A stretch of 46,761 bases of DNA from a virus (Duplodnaviria; Caudoviricetes), in the IMG/VR virus record IMGVR_UViG_3300025168_000148, positions 1 to 46,761 of that record; one strand, written 5' to 3'. The translations under genes were made by a program, and so were the position numbers. Below are positions 38,457 to 44,273 of the stretch, in pieces. The notes beneath the pieces are model-generated. The model saw nothing but the letters and a program-made list of their open reading frames with translations. It had not been told where the DNA came from and searched no databases. How positions within the stretch are numbered: the first letter of the stretch is position 1; each line of letters begins with the position of its first letter.

Positions 38457-39751
38457 TGTTAACCTTAGTTAATTCATTAATTACTTCTAGTTCTGCTCAC
38501 GAACAAATGTATAGTTTGTCGTTTGATGGTGTAGATGACTATTTAGATATAGGCGACCAACTAGACTTTGGTACTACAGCTTTTTCTATATCACTGTGGT
38601 TTAACTGCGATGATTTAGATGGAACAGCTTCTCAATATATATTTTCCAAAAGGCAAGATAATAACAATAGAGTATCTATATTGATAAATAGTTCAGATAA
38701 AATTCAAATAATTGGTAAAATTAGTGGATCAAATTCTTTTGCTTTAGCTGGTGCTACCGCTTTAACCGAAGATGATCATCAAGGTAAGTGGGTTCATATG
38801 GTGGCTACCACTGATAGAGCTGGAAATGAAGCAGTATATATTAATGGGGTAACAACTACCTATGGGCAAACAGCTGCTTCTACTAATGATAGCGCAAATT
38901 TTGATAATACTGGAAACATGGTTATTGGATCATCACATACTGGTAGTTCTTCTGCATTCACAGGTAAAATAGATGAAGTGGCTGTATTTAACGTATTTTT
39001 AGACGCAGACGCAGTATTAGCTATATATAACGAAGGAAAACCATTTAATCTAAACAATAATAGAGGTAACTACAATAATTCATTAGCACTACAAGGATAC
39101 TGGAGAATGGGTAATGGTCTTTTTGATGACAAAGAAAACGGTGTAGTTTTTGACCAAACAGCACCAACAATAGGTTCAAATCTTATTCCAGATCTTCTAA
39201 GTGGAGATCTAAATACTGATTTTTTTGCCGATTCAACTTCTAACGGCCCTACTTCTAACGCACTAAATACTGCTGACTTTGGTTATCCAGTATGGAAAAT
39301 GGTTAGTGATGGATCTACAATAGCCGCTGGTGTTATGACTTCAGATCTTACAGTAGAACTAAATACTGTTTATAAAGTTTCATGGGAAGGTTATGCTGTA
39401 AGCGCGGCAGGTGGGGAAGCTGGATCTAGATGGCAAGAAATTCAAAAAAACATCCTTGTTGCGGGGCCTGGGGACGCTAGTAATGATTGGAATAGACTTG
39501 GAACTACTAATGCTTATGGTGGATTTCATTCGGGTGATAGGGTGTGGAAAAAAATTACAATATATATAAGAACAGCAAGTAGTAATAATCAAGCGAGGAT
39601 TTCTTTTGTTAATGGCACTGCAACTGGGGATAATGGTGATATAAGGTATTTTAAAAATTTTAAAATAGTAAAAGTTGGAGGTAATCCTGGAATCACAACT
39701 GGTTTAGGTGATAACGAGGCAACATTTAGTACAGATACACCTGACGATTAA
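38456..39751 (+). CDS. LamG / concanavalin A-like lectin domain protein with a C-terminal carbohydrate-binding-like domain
   Basis: SLSFDGVDDY, FSISLWF, WVHMVAT, VYING, FTGKIDEVAVF and LQGYWRM motifs. The start is more likely ATG 38456 (TAATG coupling; MLTLVNSLI parallels MLGLGSNII of the paralog) than 38402. Confidence 0.85.
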   Translation: MLTLVNSLITSSSAHEQMYSLSFDGVDDYLDIGDQLDFGTTAFSISLWFNCDDLDGTASQYIFSKRQDNNNRVSILINSSDKIQIIGKISGSNSFALAGATALTEDDHQGKWVHMVATTDRAGNEAVYINGVTTTYGQTAASTNDSANFDNTGNMVIGSSHTGSSSAFTGKIDEVAVFNVFLDADAVLAIYNEGKPFNLNNNRGNYNNSLALQGYWRMGNGLFDDKENGVVFDQTAPTIGSNLIPDLLSGDLNTDFFADSTSNGPTSNALNTADFGYPVWKMVSDGSTIAAGVMTSDLTVELNTVYKVSWEGYAVSAAGGEAGSRWQEIQKNILVAGPGDASNDWNRLGTTNAYGGFHSGDRVWKKITIYIRTASSNNQARISFVNGTATGDNGDIRYFKNFKIVKVGGNPGITTGLGDNEATFSTDTPDD

Positions 39752-39761
39752 AACAAAATAA

Positions 39762-40016
39762 ATGGCATACAATAACTTTACATACGTAATATTAGATAAA
39801 TCAGAGATAGTGGGTGGTGACGGTAGAGCTTTAATAGATTTCTCGCAGCTATTAAATCGTGATGAGGCTATGTTAAGATATAGTTTAGATGATAGCAAAG
39901 GATTAGTAAAATACGATGGAGAACAACCATCTTTTTTAAATAGTAAAACAACATATACACACCAAGAAATATTAACTGAGATGGCTAAATCTGATTGGAC
40001 AGAAGAAGAAGAATAA
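39762..40016 (+). CDS. small phage protein, paralog B1 (84 aa)
   Basis: YVIL...IDF...LRYS...VKY.G..P.FL..KT.YT..EI motif shared with 40173..40424. Confidence 0.75.
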   Translation: MAYNNFTYVILDKSEIVGGDGRALIDFSQLLNRDEAMLRYSLDDSKGLVKYDGEQPSFLNSKTTYTHQEILTEMAKSDWTEEEE

Positions 40017-40017
40017 T

Positions 40018-40173
40018 ATGGGATTTGTACAAAAATTAGCAACACGTAGTGATAGGATTAAAAATAATCCCAAACCAAAGTATTCTAAGAATTGTGAATG
40101 TAAGCATTATTATAAAGTAAGGATACCAAAACTTACTTGGAAATATGTTTTAACTTTAAAAAACTGGAGATAA
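40018..40173 (+). CDS. small basic protein (51 aa), not in the ORF track
   Basis: MGFVQKLATRSDRIKNNPKPKYSKNCECKHYYKVRIPKLTWKYVLTLKNWR; starts 1 nt after the previous stop and ends in a TAATG overlap. Confidence 0.6.
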   Translation: MGFVQKLATRSDRIKNNPKPKYSKNCECKHYYKVRIPKLTWKYVLTLKNWR

Positions 40174-40424
40174 TGGGAATACATCCAGATAAAAAATATG
40201 TTATATTAGCTTCAAACGAAGTTGGCGCTATTAATTTTAATGAAGTATTAGAAAATTCTACCGAAACATTACGCTATAGTAGAGAAAATGAATATACGTT
40301 TGTTAAATTTGAAGGAGACACTCCATTTTTTTTAGAGGGAAAAACACAATATACTTATTCTGAAATAAAAACGACATTAAACAACGTAGACGGTATATGG
40401 TATATAGAACCTGAAGAAGACTAA
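40173..40424 (+). CDS. small phage protein, paralog B2 (83 aa)
   Basis: Paralog of 39762..40016. ATG 40173 is favoured over TTG 40137 by the alignment and by TAATG coupling. Confidence 0.75.
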   Translation: MGIHPDKKYVILASNEVGAINFNEVLENSTETLRYSRENEYTFVKFEGDTPFFLEGKTQYTYSEIKTTLNNVDGIWYIEPEED

Positions 40425-40440
40425 AATATAGACACAAACT

Positions 40441-40503
40441 ATGAAAGATACTATAAGAAATATTAGCTGGAAGTCATTTAACCCTTTTAACTGGTTTAAC
40501 TAA
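40441..40503 (+). CDS. possible 20-aa micro-ORF (MKDTIRNISWKSFNPFNWFN)
   Basis: ATG after an A-rich leader; its stop overlaps the LamG start (TAATG). Confidence 0.35.
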   Translation: MKDTIRNISWKSFNPFNWFN

Positions 40504-41426
40504 TGTTAGGGCTAGGATCTAATATAATTACAAATTATGGCTCTAGTTCCGCCCCAATTGGTTTTGCCGCTCTATTTGACGGTACTAACGATTTTGCTAG
40601 TTTAGCTGCTCACTCTAGTTTAATACCTACTGGAGCTATAACAGTGTCTGGTTGGATAAATATAGACCCTGAGTTTAGTGAAATTGGTTGGACGCACACT
40701 CCCGTTGCAGGTGGGACGAATCCCCACTCTACGGGTGCTGCTGGTATTAATATGATAGGTTGTGTGGCTGGTGGAGGTTGGGGAATATCACTTGTTAGAG
40801 GTGGAACTAACGCTAACCCATCAACTCAACTTAGAGGAGTTATAAGAGTTAGTGATGATGGTAGTGGTAGTGCGAACTACAAAATATTACTTTGGGGTGG
40901 TAGAGTCGCCTCTGTCACTGAAGGAACAACACTACATGAAATTGCTGATTTTTCTGGATGGGTTCATATAGCAATGACTTTTGACGGAGATGAAGTGCTA
41001 TTATACATAAATGGTAGCAGCGATTTAAATACAGGAGCTCTTGATACTAGCGATGAACAAACTCAAGCTACTGGTTCTGGCGCTACAATTTTATATGGTG
41101 TCGCTACATCATTAAAGATTGGGGCAGATGCAGCTTTTAATACAAGCGAAGATACTTTTGATGCTAATTCGTTGTTTGAAGGAGCAATAGATGAAGTGGC
41201 TCTGTGGGATGTTGCTTTGAGTAGCGCAAATATAACTGCAATATATAACGGTGGTAATCCTGGAGTTAACTTAGCAGACGCAGCAAGTTATGATAGTGAT
41301 GTAACTGGTGATTTACAAGGATACTGGAAGATGAACGAAGGAACAGGGACATCAGTAGCTGACTCTTCTTCTAACTCTAATACATTAACACTTAAAAACG
41401 GTACAGGATTTACACCAATATTTTAA
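40503..41426 (+). CDS. LamG / concanavalin A-like lectin domain protein
   Basis: FDGTNDF, ITVSGWI, WVHIAMTFDG, LYING, FEGAIDEVALWD and LQGYWKMNEGTG motifs. Confidence 0.88.
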   Translation: MLGLGSNIITNYGSSSAPIGFAALFDGTNDFASLAAHSSLIPTGAITVSGWINIDPEFSEIGWTHTPVAGGTNPHSTGAAGINMIGCVAGGGWGISLVRGGTNANPSTQLRGVIRVSDDGSGSANYKILLWGGRVASVTEGTTLHEIADFSGWVHIAMTFDGDEVLLYINGSSDLNTGALDTSDEQTQATGSGATILYGVATSLKIGADAAFNTSEDTFDANSLFEGAIDEVALWDVALSSANITAIYNGGNPGVNLADAASYDSDVTGDLQGYWKMNEGTGTSVADSSSNSNTLTLKNGTGFTPIF

Positions 41427-41450
41427 AGCATAAAAACAAATAACAATTAA

Positions 41451-42563
41451 ATGAAAAACATAATTTTATTATTTATAACATGTTTAACGCTTTCAGCTAA
41501 TGCTCAGGATAATCTAAATTCTTATATAAAAGATTTTGATTTAAAAAAACAATTAAAAAAGCATTTAAAGTTTTCTACAGTTTATGGGGCGGTTAATGGA
41601 GGCACATCTGTATCAGATGTTAAAACTTTTTCTATTACTTCTGGATCACTCAAAGAAGATTTAATAGCAACACCTTATGACTATTCTCTTACTATAGGTA
41701 TAAGAAAGATTGCTAGATTTGGATATGAAAATAGAGCTAATACATTTTATGATGGAACAGAATCTAACTATACTGATGCAGCAACTGTAGGTAAAGTAAA
41801 AGGTTTTGAATATTTATTTGAAATTGATTACGCTAGACAGCAAGGTATAGATTATATAGACCAACACCACTTTATTAGATATAGTTCTGATGAAGATTGT
41901 GAAGGCCCTTTATGTATAAATCATTTTGCTGCAAAAGTAGAGTATTTAAAAAATGGATTTGCTGATATTGAATATTTTGAACTTTCAGAAAGATACAGAA
42001 TTAAAAGAAATAAAAATTTAGCAATCAGCATAGGGGTTGCTCATAGGTTATCAGAACCTTACGGATATAATCCACTAGAAGAATGGATCTTGGATAATGG
42101 AAATTTGCATTACACTTACTTAGCAATTCAAGAAGGTTATACTATTGATGTTGCTAATAGTGAGTATAAAGATCCTAGTGGAAACATAATTGCTACTAAT
42201 CCAGAAGTATGGAAAGAAGTGGTAATACCAGAAGTAATAGCTAACTATTCAGAAAGTAAAAGGAACGAGTTAAACAATCAAATACAACATTCAATTATTA
42301 TTGGATTTGATTATTATAAATATAATAAAAATAAATGGATACATGCTTGGGGTAATTTGTTGCCTTATCATTATGATGATGGAAGTAAATTTTCATATCA
42401 TAATTATAATAATGGAGAGCAATGGTATGATTATTCAGCAGGTCTTATTTATGGAATAAAAGTAGACAAACACTTAGGATACTTTTTAGAAGGAAAGTAC
42501 AATAAGTACTGGAACAGAGAGTGGTATGATTTTAAGTTTGGCGTAAATTACGTCATATTTTAG
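41451..42563 (+). CDS. putative outer-membrane beta-barrel protein (370 aa)
   Basis: Sec signal peptide (SANA|Q), alternating aromatic amphipathic strands, and a C-terminal beta-signal-like YDFKFGVNYVIF. Confidence 0.7.
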   Translation: MKNIILLFITCLTLSANAQDNLNSYIKDFDLKKQLKKHLKFSTVYGAVNGGTSVSDVKTFSITSGSLKEDLIATPYDYSLTIGIRKIARFGYENRANTFYDGTESNYTDAATVGKVKGFEYLFEIDYARQQGIDYIDQHHFIRYSSDEDCEGPLCINHFAAKVEYLKNGFADIEYFELSERYRIKRNKNLAISIGVAHRLSEPYGYNPLEEWILDNGNLHYTYLAIQEGYTIDVANSEYKDPSGNIIATNPEVWKEVVIPEVIANYSESKRNELNNQIQHSIIIGFDYYKYNKNKWIHAWGNLLPYHYDDGSKFSYHNYNNGEQWYDYSAGLIYGIKVDKHLGYFLEGKYNKYWNREWYDFKFGVNYVIF

Positions 42564-42585
42564 TATTAATTTAAAAATTTTAAAA

Positions 42586-42996
42586 ATGAAAAAAATAGTT
42601 TTAACAACAATTACAGCTTTAACATGTTTATTTGCATCAGCACAATTTTCAATAGTATCTTCTATTAATATACCTGAAGACGAACAAGAGTGGAATATGA
42701 GTAGTCTAACAGACAATATGGGATTTGGCTATCAGATAAATGATAAAATGATGGCTGGTGTAATAAAAAATGGAGAAAATTATGATGTCTTTGGAAGATA
42801 TTATTTTGAAAATATATATGTATCTTTACAGGCACCAACAGAAGAGATGTCTGAAAATATGAAATTAGGAGCTGGATACTCTTACAATGTATGGGATAAA
42901 TTTTATATAGAGCCAAACTATTGTATGCCAATAAAAGAGGATGATAATGGAGAAAGAAAAGGAAAATTTGTTATAGGCATAGCTTATAAACTTTAA
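42586..42996 (+). CDS. putative small outer-membrane beta-barrel protein (136 aa)
   Basis: Signal peptide (FASA|Q); strands MGFGYQI, VFGRYYF, LGAGYSY, FYIEPNY and IGIAYKL, typical of Bacteroidota 8-stranded barrels. Confidence 0.75.
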   Translation: MKKIVLTTITALTCLFASAQFSIVSSINIPEDEQEWNMSSLTDNMGFGYQINDKMMAGVIKNGENYDVFGRYYFENIYVSLQAPTEEMSENMKLGAGYSYNVWDKFYIEPNYCMPIKEDDNGERKGKFVIGIAYKL

Positions 42997-43007
42997 AATA
43001 AAAAATT

Positions 43008-43178
43008 ATGAATTGGATAAATAGTTGGAAAAAAGGAAATAAAAAAGAAAAGTATGAAATTACTTTTAGATTAGGAACCCTAACAGTTTTAGAAATAAAA
43101 GCTTGTTTATTTTGTACAAAAGGATGTTCTTCAAAAAGGGTTAGGTTTATAATATTAAATTTTGGTCTTGAGTTTTAA
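43008..43178 (+). CDS. small protein (56 aa), not in the ORF track
   Basis: MNWINSWKKGNKKEKYEITFRLGTLTVLEIKACLFCTKGCSSKRVRFIILNFGLEF; A-rich leader and TAATG overlap with the next gene. Confidence 0.7.
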   Translation: MNWINSWKKGNKKEKYEITFRLGTLTVLEIKACLFCTKGCSSKRVRFIILNFGLEF

Positions 43179-43414
43179 TGGCAATGAAAGACGATATATC
43201 ATTAATGGAGCATAGAATGAATTCAATGGAAGATAAATTAGATAAAATGGATGCTAAATTAGATATGTTAACTGAAAAGTTACTTGATCCAGATTATGGA
43301 GTAACAGCAAGAGTTAATAGAAACACTACACATCGTAAATTAATGAGTAAAGCTTTGTGGGTTATTTACGCAGTAGTAATAGGAGTTGTTATTAAATTAA
43401 TTTGGAATGGCTAA
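43178..43414 (+). CDS. coiled-coil protein with C-terminal transmembrane helix (holin/XhlA-like architecture)
   Basis: Heptad N-terminus and hydrophobic ALWVIYAVVIGVVIKLIW. Confidence 0.55.
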   Translation: MAMKDDISLMEHRMNSMEDKLDKMDAKLDMLTEKLLDPDYGVTARVNRNTTHRKLMSKALWVIYAVVIGVVIKLIWNG

Positions 43415-43688
43415 AGAGTTAAATGAAGATACAGGATTTCAAGTAAGTGTTAAAACACTTATAGGTATTGGTGCTGCTATGGCAACAGTAATTAGTATGT
43501 GGTTTATGCTTCAAGCAGATATAGATGAAGCTAAAGAACTACCAATACCACCACCGCAAGATGTTACGCGTATGGAGTTTGATATGAAAGACCAAATGAT
43601 TCGTAATACTATTATGACAACACAATCAGATGTAGAAGAAATAAAAAAGTCTTTAGAAAAAATAGAAGATAAACTTTATAACAGATGA
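43407..43688 (+). CDS. membrane-anchored coiled-coil protein (93 aa)
   Basis: N-terminal TM segment (TLIGIGAAMATVISMWFML), Pro-rich linker, C-terminal coiled coil. Confidence 0.6.
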   Translation: MAKELNEDTGFQVSVKTLIGIGAAMATVISMWFMLQADIDEAKELPIPPPQDVTRMEFDMKDQMIRNTIMTTQSDVEEIKKSLEKIEDKLYNR

Positions 43689-44044
43689 AAGATAAAGTTA
43701 CTACTAAAGTATTTACAATGTATATGTTAATTATTTTTTTAATGCTACTTTGTACTGGTGCATTTAGCCAAGTACAAATAACAGTATTTAATGCAGGTTG
43801 GAACGAAGCAAATAGTGTAAATTGGGTAAGCAAACTAAATGATGTAAATACACTTTCTTATGTAGATGTAAGTAAAGATACAGAGTTACAAAAAAAGCAT
43901 AAAATAGCAGTTATACCAACTATCATAATATTTAAAGATGATGAAGAGGTAGCAAGATTTCAAGCTGATCTTAGTTTTAAAATGGTAGCAACAAAAGAAG
44001 AATTACAAGAAGAAATAGATAGTCAATTAATGAGTGACTTTTAA
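43685..44044 (+). CDS. exported thioredoxin-fold protein lacking CxxC
   Basis: Signal peptide (GAFS|Q); FNAGWNEAN in place of F-x-A-x-W-C-x-x-C; conserved YVDV and IAVIPTIIIFKDDEEVARF cis-Pro region. Confidence 0.75.
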   Translation: MKDKVTTKVFTMYMLIIFLMLLCTGAFSQVQITVFNAGWNEANSVNWVSKLNDVNTLSYVDVSKDTELQKKHKIAVIPTIIIFKDDEEVARFQADLSFKMVATKEELQEEIDSQLMSDF

Positions 44045-44045
44045 T

Positions 44046-44273
44046 ATGTGGAATTTATTTAAAGATAAAAATAAAATTAATGAGAAAAACGTAGTTGGAT
44101 TTGCGTCTTTTGTAGTTATGGTGTTGTTTGCTATAGCAGATCTTACAACTAGCTTTATATTTGTAGGTGAAGATAGTAAATTAATAATTAACGAAGTAAT
44201 ATACAATTCATTTGTATGGGTGACATTAGGATGTTTTGGTATTAGTTCTTTTGAAAAAATAAAAACTAAATAA
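44046..44273 (+). CDS. small two-TM membrane protein (holin-like)
   Basis: Two hydrophobic segments and a basic C-terminus. ATG 44046 is favoured over GTG 44034. Confidence 0.6.
   Translation: MWNLFKDKNKINEKNVVGFASFVVMVLFAIADLTTSFIFVGEDSKLIINEVIYNSFVWVTLGCFGISSFEKIKTK

Noticed and set aside
40137-40172. Track start (TTG) of the second B paralog
   Set aside because: Alignment with paralog B1 and the upstream 51-aa ORF supports ATG 40173.
1772-43833. Minus-strand ORFs in the six-frame track (60-136 aa)
   Set aside because: All lie antisense to well-supported + strand genes and have shadow-frame composition with no motifs.
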